This document shows, in pieces, positions 1 to 12,957 of a stretch of DNA of 64,000 bases. The position numbers and the translations under genes were made by a program. Position 1 is the stretch's first letter. Each line of letters starts with the position of its first letter. Origin of the DNA: Octopus vulgaris (Eukaryota); contig OX597822.1 of NCBI GenBank assembly GCA_951406725.2, positions 50,716,001 to 50,780,000 of the forward strand, in the 5' to 3' direction. The notes beneath the pieces were generated by a model that worked only from the letters and a program-made list of their open reading frames with translations, was not told where the DNA came from and ran no database searches.

Positions 1-184
1 CTAGCTTCTGCACGGATTTTTTTCTCTCCTTGTTTCTTTTCTGTGTATCTTTCTGTTGAAGAGCGTAGGCTCGAAACGTAAAAGACTTGTTTTATTTATA
101 TTCCTGAGCGTCATACTAATACAATTGTTTGTTTGTATTCCACCTGCCTTCGTCTTTTGTTTATTTTCATAAAGCTTCCCGTTA
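1..184 (+). mobile_element. Penelope-like terminal repeat (pLTR) 3' part carrying a hammerhead motif; cut by window edge
   Basis: Near-identical to 36029-36223, the terminus of the GIY-YIG Penelope-like element; ends in cttcccgtt followed by a short TA run. Confidence 0.75.
48..85 (+). ncRNA. Minimal type-I hammerhead ribozyme motif, variant core CUGUUGA
   Basis: UCUUU-CUGUUGA-A-GAGC(GUAG)GCUC-GAAA-CG-UA-AAAGA: perfect 5-bp stem I, 4-bp stem II, palindromic ACGU in place of helix III. Confidence 0.7.
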
Positions 185-975
185 TATATGAGGTTAGCTC
201 CATATCTCTGAATAGATTCGTACCAATATACCCCTGAATAGATACGTATAATTACGTTCACAGAAATCTTATAGGAGGAAATTCAAATGCTACACATGCT
301 CACAACACTATTCACATACGTCTTCATTGTCCATCAGCGTTTATTATCTTCAATTCCCTCACATCAAATAATTGCATGATGCATTTCTTAATTTCTAAGT
401 ACTATACATTACGATAAATTCGTATGTGTTTGCAGCTGTTTACTGTTTAGAAAATTTTAAAATATAATAAATTATTACGTGAAAATCAGCTCCATAACAG
501 CTTCGTTAATTCGAATATGTTTTATTGAAACTTTAATTTCATATCTCTTTTGATTCAAAATACTTTTTCAGCGTAGGTTTCCACTTTATAAGTTGTGTTA
601 TTTATATTTGACACTCTTCATTCAGTAATCACTGATCCGTAAAATATATTTCAACAGAAAAATATATTTAACATTTGAAATTCCATATCCTTCAATGATC
701 ACAAATTCTCAAGCAAATATTCGCATGATTGTATAAGAAACCATTATGTTTAGTCTGCCGTACTTTTTGTTTTATCGATTTTCCTCTTCATAATAATTTT
801 GGTGAATTTCAGTAATATCCAATATGTTATAGCTACTTAGCACTGTACCTGACAAACTTTTATCACAGATAAATAAGGAATGTCATTGGTGATTGCTACT
901 GGAATATCTATAAACATCTTGTAACATTCAACTGGCCATTTCAGCAACATTATCTACAAATATCATTAAAATGAT

Positions 976-976
<1 letters not shown>

Positions 977-1046
<70 letters not shown>

Positions 1047-1083
1047 ACTACTACCACTACCACGGCCACCACCACCATTATTT

Positions 1084-1135
<52 letters not shown>
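977..1135. repeat. Compound (CTA)n/(CTG)n/(CCA)n microsatellite
   Basis: Direct read; source of the poly-Y ORF. Confidence 0.97.
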
Positions 1136-1139
<4 letters not shown>

Positions 1140-1466
1140 TATATGCTAATTTAGAATTGATATTACTATCCTCAAAGCATTGCAGTCAGCAATTATTTTT
1201 TCATCTCTATTAAATGTTTTTTGAAACTGTTTAATCAGACATTGAATATCATATCCGCGAAATATCTGACTGCTTTTGCATTGCAAAACGTTAAATTATT
1301 GTACATCAGAAAGTTAGCATGTCTTGATCGGATTGAAACTGTTGCATTTCTTAATGCATGTGTGGTAAAACGTGTATATTTTGTGTGGACGTAGGTGAGC
1401 GTGTGTATATTCTAGTATAATAACTACTGTGTTTATTTTCGATTTTATCTATGAATAAATAGTGCA

Positions 1467-1577
1467 GATGGATTGGTGGATGCTTGGATGGATGCATGGA
1501 TGAATAGATGGATGGGTGGATGTATGGATGGATTGAAGGATGGGCGGGTTTATGGATCGATGCAAGGATGGATGGAT
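1467..1577. repeat. Degenerate (GGAT)n microsatellite
   Basis: Direct read. Confidence 0.85.
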
Positions 1578-1587
1578 TTTTTATCCT

Positions 1588-1750
1588 TTACATGTTTCAG
1601 TCATTAGACTGCGGCCATGTCGGTGAATTCAGCTCAGTACTTACTTTTTTGTCAAACCTGGTACCTATTCTATCTGTCACTTTTTCTGAACCGCTAGTTA
1701 CAAGAATGTAAACACAACATCGGTTATCAAGCGGTAGTAGAAACAACTCA
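1588..1750 (-). mobile_element. SINE 3' fragment (family of 61655-61968)
   Basis: tttcagtcattagactgcggccatg...tattctatc...gaaccgcta...gtaaacac also seen at 2293, 41345 and 61655. Confidence 0.8.
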
Positions 1751-1813
1751 GACACACACACACTCACGCACACACACACACACACACACATCTATTTATA
1801 CTCATATGTATAT

Positions 1814-1877
<64 letters not shown>

Positions 1878-2032
1878 GTGTGTGTGTGTGAAAATACGTA
1901 TTTAAATAAATTTTAATGTGATGATTAGCGAAAGCGAAACAGGTCGACAGACACAATATAAGATATATTAAAAATCACATAAAAATTATGTAAAGTATGT
2001 GCATCTTCCTTCTTTGATTTCTTTTATATGTA

Positions 2033-2140
<108 letters not shown>

Positions 2141-2222
2141 GGAATAAATCCAAATTTACAGGGAAAAATCAGATTTAGGATTAAATCCAATTTTATAGTA
2201 AAATATTATATAATATTAATTC

Positions 2223-2276
<54 letters not shown>

Positions 2277-2292
2277 ATATACATATTGTTGT

Positions 2293-2482
2293 ATTCTTTT
2301 TCTTGCTTCAGTCATTAGACTGCAGCCTTGCTGGAAAAAGCCTTAAAGTTATTTTTGTCGAATGAAACGACCCCTGTACTTTTATAATGCTGGTACTTAT
2401 TCTACCTCTGTCTTTTGTAGAAGCTCTAAGGTACGGTCACGTAAACGCATCAGCATTGGTTGTCAAACGGTGGTGGGCGATA
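2293..2482 (-). mobile_element. SINE 3' fragment (same family)
   Basis: ttcagtcattagactgcagccttgctgg...ggtacttattct...gtaaac...ggttgtcaaacggtggtggg. Confidence 0.8.
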
Positions 2483-2877
2483 AACACACGCACACATGCA
2501 CAAGCACACGAACAAAAACCCACACGCACACTCGCACGCACACACTCACTCTCACACACACAGAAGCACACACACAGAGAAACACACAAATATGTTTAGT
2601 TCCGATAATTAAAGTTGTCACATTTGAGTGAACATGTCTAATGATAATCCTTCACAATCAATTGATGTCATGTGATTAGTAACCTTAAAAGTGTGGACTA
2701 TGGAGATAACACCATATTTGTGCGAAAAATTGTGCCTATCAATGTCAAAAATATTTGACTCCAAGATTCACAACAAAGGACTATATACGAAATACCGATT
2801 CTGTAAGCACTGCTTGATATTCGTTTCTCATAATATTAAATCAGAATTTTAGAAAGATGTTAAGTATCTTCGTGCAA

Positions 2878-3135
2878 CAGGTCATCACTGCATAATGGCA
2901 AAGGCCTCAACTTTTCCATCAAAATATAGGACAACATATCGCAACAGCCTAGGCTTTAAAGGCCTACGACACTTCAATATCCCCACGAAGGACCTGTCAG
3001 ACCTACATGGAGTGGCTGCAGATATCTTCAAAACAAAACTAGATCTTTTATTGCCAAGTGTCCCAGATGAACCAACATCACAGCCGGATATGCAAATGAC
3101 GGCAGCGGCGTCAAACTCCCACATGCACCAAATGT
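2878..3135 (+). mobile_element. CR1/L2-group LINE ORF2 C-terminal relic
   Basis: YRNSLGFKGLRHFNIPTKDLSDLHGVAADIFKTKLDLLLPSVPDEP matches the typical C-terminus of CR1/L2-group RT ORFs. Confidence 0.7.
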
Positions 3136-4090
3136 CAAGTTCTAAAATGAAGTATATATTATATAGGAACACCAATTGGCAGTGCCCCAGCATGGCTACA
3201 GCTCTAGAGCTGAAACTAGTTCATTTCCACCATCCCACACACACACAGACACAGCACACACACACATATGCATATTCCATGAGAAGCATACATAAGTGTA
3301 AAAGGAAGAAAACAATAGACACATTCCGAAATTATTGGAAATATTTTCAGGGAGTTTTGGTACGAAATTTAGTATAAATCCCACAAAAATGAGTGATATA
3401 TATCAAAGATAAATTTCGAAAATGAATATTTTTCTTATCTCACTTTCCGGAGAATATAAATGGCAAAATATAATTTTTATTGCAAACAAAATGCGAAATA
3501 TACTCTTCAGCATGCAACATAAAAGCAGTATCCCATTGGGTAAAGATATATATTTATATGCTAGGTAATATGCATCTATTTCCAAGTTTGCATGCTTAAA
3601 AAATAAAACATTTATTTTCTAATCAAATTCGTGAAAATTATCATTATGTATTATTAGATTGCATTTATATTTTGTATCATTTTTTATATAGCAGTATGTT
3701 ACAAAATTGCTTTTGTCAGCTCTATCAGCTGCTGTGCTTCCGGTATATACACGTCTTTCATTTTGTTTATCTACCTCTTTTCTCTACTAACTCTAATTCT
3801 GGTTATGTAATGTTATTACTATTGTTATGATTAGTGTGCTAAATTGCATATTGTTTGTTTGAATCTTTGGGGTATTAAGTCTATTTGTCTATTTCTACAT
3901 TGTTTTACTGATGTAATGCACCTGTTGTTATTATAATTAAATAATGTAATGTTTGAATTATCCGTTTTTATATACTTCTATTTATATTTCATTTTCAAAT
4001 GAACATTTCAAATACTTATTTTAGTATTTCAATAATATATTTTATTACCATATCAAAAAGCTTCTATTCAATTTCTATCAATTTATACAG

Positions 4091-4114
4091 ACGTAGCATT
4101 TTCCCTCTTTCCTT
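4091..4114 (+). CDS. Candidate 24-nt micro-exon (RSIFPLS in phase 2)
   Basis: atttatacag|acgtagcattttccctctttcctt|gtaagt; symmetric length. Confidence 0.4.
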
Positions 4115-4379
4115 GTAAGTATTTCTTTCGCAAATATGCAAATATCAACAACTTTTCTGGGGCTTCTAGTAATGCGTACAATGGAACTCCATGTAATTCC
4201 ATTGATATGCCTTTAAAAGTTAGACCTCAGTCTGACCCGAATAAAGTGGAAGACATGAACGGATTTGGTTCAACTAACAATATATGTATATGCGTTCAAT
4301 CGCCTTGAAGAGGAAACTGGATCTAAATGCTGCTGAAAAGACCGGATAAGTTGATACAGATACACTGATTGCCGCGACA

Positions 4380-5605
4380 ACTTGAATGCCAATGGAAGAA
4401 TTGGTTGAGAAAAGTCAAAGTTGCTCAGGATAACTTGTGTAGTATGTGAACATAATAACAAAGAAAGCGATTAGGTTAATTTCCATGCTCTAGAAGAGGC
4501 TAATATAATGAGTAGCTTCAAACGACGCGGTTTACTGTCAATTGAATTAACTTTCTATTTGAAGGCACGTTTGAATCCGAACAAAGCCAACTCTACCTAG
4601 TTAGCGTCTGTCCAAGCACAACTAACTCGCGACTCAGCAAAAAAGTAGTTTACTACATTGGCCTTCAGCAGACTGAAAGTCGATAGTAAATCAAACAATG
4701 TAAAACAAATATGAAACTAAAACAAATGTTTACAAGAACTAAATGCTCGTACAAGTGCAAGAAAAAGAAAGCGAAACACCATACATGCATAAATAAACAT
4801 TGCAAGACTAGAAAAATGGAAACAGCATCCATAATGATAAAAGTATAAGTACTGGTAAATATGTAATGTGAGCTAGCAGTAGCTATAGGAAACATTTGAA
4901 GAAGCGCCTGGTACTATTTTCGTGCGCATTTGCTAAGATTACGAAGGAGAACAGAACTACATACTGGCGAGTTGCTGAAAGATAGACACCCCTATCTATT
5001 AATTAAATACCAGCCATAGGTCCAATAGAAGCAAGCTGTGTCTGACAAGAGCGCAAGGAACATGAGATAATATCCGACGTACTAGGTGTCGGGCAAAACA
5101 ACTCAACAGGTACTGTTACGGTGATATAACTCAATACAAAAGCACAGCAATGTGGTGCAATGTATATACGAACGTTGTAAAAACAGAATTTTAACCTAGA
5201 AAATACAGAATATTTACAAACCTATGCATATGAATAGAAAAAGTGTCCAGAAAAAGGTAAATTACGCAAGCCGGATAAAATGATATAATTAAATTCATTG
5301 CAGTAACATCTTGAATGTCAAATGAAGAATTGTGTACTAAGAGTGAAAGTTGCTCACGATAACTTGCCAATTCTGTGAACATAATAAGAAGTAAAGCGAA
5401 CAAGTTACTTTCCGTGTTTTAGATGAAGCTGATTGAATGAATAACTTCAAACGAGCAGTAATTCAGTTAAATTTCTTTTTGAAGGCGAGTTCTAGCCTTG
5501 TGTGGAAGTTGTTGTTTAAATCCATACAACGCCAACCCTACCTGGTTAGCGTGTCCAAGCACAACTAACTTGAGCTCCAGTGAAAAAATAATTTCATCAC
5601 GTCTT
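4380..5605 (+). repeat. Diverged direct duplication (~4380-4660 and ~5330-5605)
   Basis: Shared gttgctca-gataactt, tgtgaacataataa, ttcaaacga, gccaac-ctacct-gttagcgt, gtccaagcacaactaact. Confidence 0.85.
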
Positions 5606-5949
5606 ACTACAGTTTTTTGATTAGGTGAACATGATTAAAGTTTAAACCTCAGTAACATTTTTCTGCAATATGTATGTATGTATGAATGTATGTATGTATG
5701 TATGTGTCTGTGTGAGAGTGTTTGTTTACCATGGGCAGCACAAAAGAGTACACTTGTCATCAATTGCTGTCAACTTACTCCCCTCTCTCCTTAACGCTAC
5801 GTATTCGTCACACTCACCAATGATTCCCTTCATTGGCATTTGAAAAGTTAATTAACTGTATGTGCATGTATGTGTGTGTGTGCGTGTATGTGTGTGTGCG
5901 TGCGTGTTTATGAAATCATGTATGCAGCGTTGCATGTTTATTCCTGAAG

Positions 5950-6718
5950 TAGATTTCAGGCCTCATTCTCCCCTTTTTAACCTCACATATTTGAAATCTC
6001 AACAATTGTTCTACTGAACCAAATTTCAAATTTTGTTGTTCAAAATGTAACTTAGGAGGTGAACAATCTAAAAATAGTTTACACATCATTTAATCTAGTG
6101 AAAAACTGAATTAGTGACCAAGCCTGGAAGTGGTCGCGAGTGAGTAATGTTGATCTTAAGAATAGTGTGAGTATGATATTTATTACAATATATATTTATT
6201 ACAATATAGTGTATTGTTTAAGTACGAGATAGATCTTTGCAAGGTACCTAAATACTATATTGTATGGAACATTAACATTTTGGAAAAGTGCAAGCAAATC
6301 CGAAGGGAAGGGACGTGGAGTACATGGACCTCACAGTGCAGCTGATACTCATTTTATCGAGTAGCGAAAAGATAAGGGGCAAAGACGACCTTGGTGGAAT
6401 TTGAACTCAGAATGTAGAGAGAAACAAAATGCCACGAAGCTTTAACCCTGTATGTTAACGAATATACCAGCTCGTCGTCTTAGTACTGTAATACTTCTTG
6501 AAAATCGTTTTACGTACTCTGGCATATTTATCTTATATAACTTTTTTCATGATCAATATTTTTTGAAAAGACTATCACCACGTTTTGATGAATTATATCA
6601 TATGAGCGAAACAAAAAACAAGATGTCACAAAATATTAAAATGTTTAGGTTTTGTATTTCCTTTAGGCGTTATCACTGTTTTCGGTACATTTGGCCGTAG
6701 GAATATTTTTACTTTAAT

Positions 6719-6777
<59 letters not shown>

Positions 6778-7915
6778 CCATCATGTGATACCTGTTGTCG
6801 AGATCTACCAGAGGAGCTGAATTTAAATATAGTCTTGTTTTGAAAGAATAATAACATATGGAGTGAAAGTCGATTTCAGGCATTGATCTCGTCTTGTTCG
6901 TCGATTTTACCTCAGCATCTTTTTTCTATTGAATATTTCTGTATATAAATAACATAAATAACATTTCTGCCGTTGAGATATATCATATAAGCTAAAATAA
7001 GCTATAGATTTATTATTTTTAAAATGGCACTCCAAGCCGATTTCAGGCGTTATTCTCCTTTTCTGAACTCATATTTTTGACTCAAACATTTTTTTCTACT
7101 AAACCGATTTTCAAATGTTTTGAATCGAAATGTAGCTTATAATGTAACCTATCTACAAATGTAAACATCATCGCATTTGGGTATGTTTACATAGTAACGA
7201 GGTCTTGGAATGGTCGTTAATGAGTAAATGTTGGCCTTAAGAATATTATTCACACTACTGCGCGCGGCTGATATTTTTTGAAAAGATTAGCACCATGACA
7301 TACGTCTTGATGAGTTCTGTCATATAAGGTAAAAAATTAATTTGATTTAAGGCGTTACCACATTTTTCTGCACATTTGGCCCAAGTATTTTTTTATTTAA
7401 TTATATATATATATATAATTGTCATCATCGGATTCCTCAAGTGGAGATTTATCAGAAAAGTTGAATTTAAATATAATTTTCTTGTGTAATAAGAAAAATA
7501 CTTGGAGTCAAAATTGAGTTCAGACGTTAATCTACTTTTTATTGTTTCGCTGGTTTTTAGATCACCACGTTTTTCTACAGAGAATTTTTGCATATAAGTA
7601 ACATGGAAATCTTCCTCTCACCGATATATATCATGTAAGCTAATATAAACTATAGATTTCTTTAAAAAACATATTGTCGACTCAAGGTCGATTTCAGGCG
7701 TCAATCTTCCGTTTTTGACTTCACATATTTAACAGAAAGTTTTTTCTCCCGAAGTAATTTTCAAATTTTGTAGCTAAAAATGTTGTTTACGATATGATTA
7801 ATCTAAAAATGAAAATATCTAATTTAGTTAAAAACTAAGTTAGGGACAAAGCCTAGAATTAGTCGCGTGTGAGTAAATGTTGACCTTAAGGATATTATTT
7901 ACACACTACCGTGTG
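5950..7915 (+). repeat. Diverged tandem array of a ~650-bp unit (about 2.3 copies), with a SINE fragment at ~6290-6490
   Basis: gatttcaggc...tttcaaat...tgagtaa(a)tgttg-ccttaag at ~5952, ~7039 and ~7690; atattttttgaaaaga...ttaggcgtt/taaggcgtt...taagctaa at ~6556 and ~7272. Confidence 0.85.
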
Positions 7916-7938
7916 TGTATGTTCAGTTTTTATATACA

Positions 7939-7980
<42 letters not shown>

Positions 7981-8304
7981 CACATGCATACATATATATA
8001 TACATATATACACTATGTTAATACATATGTGCCTCTGCAAATAACAATAGTATTCAATATATACGTGTAAATTACATTCCTGTCAGCTAATAAATTTTAG
8101 GATAAATAACATGCAATCCTATTGAAATATGCAGAAAAAATTTGGGCGTGTACACTTGTTTATCTTTTATTGTGTGGTGTGATCTGAAGGTGTTAATATG
8201 AAGTATAATGGATGTATTTTAAAAAGTAAACGACTTAACGTTAATATTTACACTAATTACACTAATACTAACTCATGTCCTGAAATTCCCACATCTTGTT
8301 ATAG

Positions 8305-8317
8305 TTGCAATTTCTTG
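8305..8317 (+). CDS. Candidate 13-nt micro-exon
   Basis: Perfect TACTAAC branch point at 8266-8272; cttgttatag|ttgcaatttcttg|gtgagc. Confidence 0.35.
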
Positions 8318-8864
8318 GTGAGCCATGCCATAACCACGATATACACCACAACACGTTGTTAGTCGCAGGTATCCAGGGAGCTAAGCATTTCACCAATTTC
8401 TATAACTTTGATTTTCGACTGTTTCGAAGTGTTTAAATTTGTTTATATTGCTCAAATAATAGTACAATTTCTTTATTAAATAATTTTGGAATAGGCTCTG
8501 TTGTATGAGGTATATTATAAGTTATGAAAAGACGTTTGGAATATCCCAAGAAAAAACAGATATAGAATGAAAATCCTAAGCTAGAAACTTTCAGTTTTGC
8601 ACATACGCATTTTTATATTTTTTGTTAATATTTAATAGTAAAACTTGCCTTGAATGCATATCGATATCTAAAAATACATACAAATGAGAACTCAGGCAGA
8701 AAAAATGTTCCGATTACTGACTGGTAGTGTAGAAAAGGGATTTGAGCAAATGGGTGACCCGGCGACAAAACACCCCTCTGTTGAGAGGGAATGTCGGCTT
8801 ACTTGCCTGCCTGCTTAACCTGCGCAGTGGCATCATTCGATAATCTGGTAGATGATACAGTGGG

Positions 8865-8907
<43 letters not shown>

Positions 8908-8971
8908 GTGTGTGTGTTCATAATTAGATGTGCTAGTAAATGTGTGTGCGTATATGATACACACATACATG

Positions 8972-9032
<61 letters not shown>

Positions 9033-9469
9033 GTGTGTGTGTATGTATATATATATATATATATATGTGTGTGTGCGTGTATGTATGTATAGTTTAGGAC
9101 AATCATGAAGTTGTCAGTAACAGGACTCAGAGTTTTAAATGTCAGAGCTAAGCCCTACGGGGCATTCTCATGCGCTAACATGACAATAGACGCTATAAAT
9201 AACCGTTGAATAAAAGGGAAGACACTTTAATAGGTAGGAAAATATAATAGATAAAAAATACACGCACAATGCATAAACATAAATCCTCCTGCGTTCATAA
9301 CGTCTACATATGTTCAAACTCACACAAACATGTATATGTACATGCCAATACACACACAAACACACACACACAGATGTATACATATATACGCACGCAACTT
9401 CATCCTCATATACACATAGGTGTATACTTACATATATATTTAGACATTTATACATATAAATACATGCAT

Positions 9470-9508
<39 letters not shown>

Positions 9509-9609
9509 CATACATACATACTAGTACATGCATACATTCACACTCACGGCATATATGGATATACACATATGCACATATGTGCACAGATATATATATATAT
9601 ATTTATATA

Positions 9610-9664
<55 letters not shown>

Positions 9665-9734
9665 AATATATATATGTATATATGTATATATATATATGAA
9701 TATATGTATATAAATATATATATATATATATATG

Positions 9735-9800
<66 letters not shown>

Positions 9801-9949
9801 CTCTTGTAACACACCTACAAACGCAGATACATATACGTATAAAAGGACACAGTCCTACACTCATATACATACATGCACTCGTATACACACGCACACATAT
9901 ACGCATTTAATATACAAATACATATACATATACTCACGCACATACACAA

Positions 9950-11640
9950 TCACAATTAAAAAGGGAAAAATGAAAATATATATAAAACTATAAAAACGTT
10001 AAGACATATAGAAAAGTTGTACAGGAACATAGTAAAAATGCAGATTCTATCCGTTATCTGAGTAGGGAGGCAACACTGTAACACGTATTTGTCATATGTG
10101 GACATGATCCAATAAGGCCAGTTCTTGAATTTAGACATGTAGCGTGGTCCAATGAACTTTTCCAGATGAATTATCTTTCCATATCCAAAGACGGCACTTA
10201 CCACTTCCGTTGGTATAAGATTTACACTTGGCCAAGATCTCCCATTAAATCTTATATCAGACACCTTGTTCTTCTAGGAACCATATATGACTGGATAATT
10301 TGGTCAATTTTCTTTTATTGCCATGTCTGAAGCTTAAGGTGTGATTATTGAACCTTACTTTAAAACGTCCCTCTGTGAGACCCACATATCTCTTTGACGA
10401 AACTGTGTCATTAGCGTTCGTAGAATTTACGGTGGCTTCATAAATAACGGCCTCGATCATACAGGCTCCATTTGGCTCCATACAGGCTCCATAAGTTTTT
10501 ATCCCTGCTCCATACAGGCTCCATAAGTTTTTATCCCTGCAGGAACATCCGGCTTCGTGTTGTTTTTTGCGTTGTGTGCAATTATGCTTTTAAAATTTGT
10601 GGTTGAACTGTAACTAATTTTTAGCTTATGTCTATTAAATTGCTTAGCTGTACACACAAATGTTAAGCTTCCACGTAGTTTGAAGTAATGCATCTCAAGA
10701 CTGCATCCACTCCACCTTCTTGCTTCTACTTTCGGAACGTTGAAGTACTATCTCGTACATATATTCCATCTCGCTATCATTGAAAAAATACATTTTGATT
10801 TCTTACGTGATACAACAAACTATGAAATCTTCTCCATCTCATTAAAATATCAATTCCCCTCGTGAGTCATACATAACGTCCGTTTATCGACATTCTCAAT
10901 GTCAGTAGATAGCACGAAGAATAAAGTCAAATTTTAAGTTGGAGACCAGGCTAGTGGCTTTTTGAAAGCCGCAGATATGTTTAGTTTGTTGTGACCTTCA
11001 TTTTTTCCTCTCCCTTACAATATTTCAAGAAGGACACACACAAAACTAACTTCTAAATGCGAAACAATTACGGTATTTCTACGCGACTGGAATACAATAC
11101 CAGAAAGAATTAGTGTTCTACAGAAGAAGTGCACATGGCGTAGAACCAATATCCCCATATCTTTTTCTTTGTGTACTAGTATGCACAGGGTTATAAGAAC
11201 CAAAGATTTGGCATTGAAGTTTAGCCCCATCCTCAATATGGCCCAAACCACAGTATTCCTCGTATGCGCCAGATCTTTCATCTACTTCTCATTTGACTTC
11301 ATATTGAAAATCTCTATCATTTACGAAATGTAGATATCGTTGCTTTTCTCGTTCTTTTTTCTTCGATACCGTCGCCAGGCAGTGTAGTGAATAACTTCGT
11401 GACATCTCTGCACCTCCTTCTGAGAGGTGAAGCTTACTCATAATTATTTTTCACGAGCTGTGTTAGCAAAATAATTTTAGCTACTTCCATTGTCTTGGTT
11501 GTTGGTTCTTTGTAAAACTATCTGTCTATTCTTTGTAATACAAACGTGGTTATTGCTATTATATCATTTTTGCTTGGCTTTTTTGGATCATGATCGTGCT
11601 TACAATATTTTCTAGAAAGTATTCTAAATCCCAGAAGGCC
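9950..11640 (-). mobile_element. Degraded Penelope-like element, Naiad-like: RT relics plus GIY-YIG endonuclease
   Basis: HKLKISYSSTTNFKSIIAHN; GACMIEAVIYEATV...RYVGLTEGRFKVRFNNHTLSFRH...TKLSSHIW; WEILAKCKSYTNGSGKCRL; weak upstream RT remnants (EKSNDIY). Confidence 0.8.
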
Positions 11641-11662
11641 GATTAAAGCATGCTTTTATACA

Positions 11663-11721
<59 letters not shown>

Positions 11722-12029
11722 AATATATATATATATGTGTATATATATATATATATATAACAACAGGATGCAATGCAAAACTGACTTCAGGCATATGATT
11801 TTACCGACCTCAAACTAAAATTTTTAGATATTTAGAAACGTAATAATCACAGTGGTAAAAAAACCCATTATATTCAAGAAGACCAATAGCAGTATCAGTA
11901 GCAACAGAACCAACATCAGCAGCGACAACAACAAAATCAACAACAATGAATACAAAGAACAGCAACAGGAACAACGAACAACGAATCAATAATAGCAACG
12001 GTAGAGAAAAATACTATGGGGAGCATATA

Positions 12030-12572
12030 CTGAAAGAAACATGGGGACAGTAAAAGGCATGAAAAGTGCGTAAAAGGATTGCAGAGAATAGATTTTAATC
12101 AAATGAAATATATCATTGGTTTAAGTGCACTGGGATGAATGCAAAATGGGAAATTCTGGTAATCGCTACACAATTTCGCGTTCAGATACTAGCAATATTT
12201 TTATCACAATGCGTGATATACAGACAATATGTAGAAATTATCAGTTATGTTGTCTTTGGAAGCCAAGAAGTAAGAATGGTGAAATACAGTGGCAGGCATA
12301 ACAAGTCAACGGCATACGTACATTGGAAAATATGCCGGATTGATAAAACGGAAATACAGGAAAAGTGGTAACAAAAAGGAAGTCACCATTTTGTGGATAT
12401 GACCATCATATAGGCAGAGAAATGAAAGCCAACGAGCCTGACAAAATTATCAATGACAGAAAGGGAGGATGTCTACTTATTCACGAATAATCTCCAAAAA
12501 GCACAGAGACGTTGACGAAATACAAAGTCTTGAGTTTCTAAATCAAAAGGTTGTGGAATATGAAGAATATTC
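12030..12572 (+). mobile_element. Old R4/Dong-like LINE relic (zinc finger/RLE region)
   Basis: RHNKSTAYVHWKIC, VTILW, KANEPD, RLWNMK, interrupted by many stops and frameshifts. Confidence 0.7.
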
Positions 12573-12619
12573 CAACCGCGGCGGAATGTGAACTCAGATT
12601 TTGCAGTCTCGGCGCCTTA

Positions 12620-12690
<71 letters not shown>
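12620..12690. repeat. (TAA)n microsatellite
   Basis: Direct read. Confidence 0.97.
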
Positions 12691-12764
12691 CTTGGCCTCC
12701 GGAGGATGCCCGGTACTAAGGAAGCTAAAATAAAGACATAATTAAAAAATACCATAATAATAAT

Positions 12765-12950
12765 AAGTTGAGATTGTAAAAGACTGCCCGGTAGAATTCC
12801 TACAGAAAGTTTGCCTCTTAAAGACAGCAAGAGTTCTAAGCACTTGAAAAAATGTTACAACTTGCGGGTACCTAAGTTTGCCGGTAGTAACCCGCTACTC
12901 ACATAATTCCTACGAGGAATAAGACCGAACCTCAGCCATACCCAAATAAG
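12765..12950 (+). mobile_element. 3' tip of another R4/Dong-like LINE (ORF end plus 3'UTR)
   Basis: PVEFLQKVCLLKTARVL matches the LQKxxLLGTxxIL terminal motif; UTR hairpin gcgggt...acccgc; preceded by TAA repeats. Confidence 0.6.
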
Positions 12951-12957
12951 AATAATT

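Noticed and set aside
8791-9993. Long overlapping ORFs rich in Y/I/H/T/C/V
   Set aside because: Translations of (TA)n and (CA)n microsatellites; the same applies to most ORFs in the track
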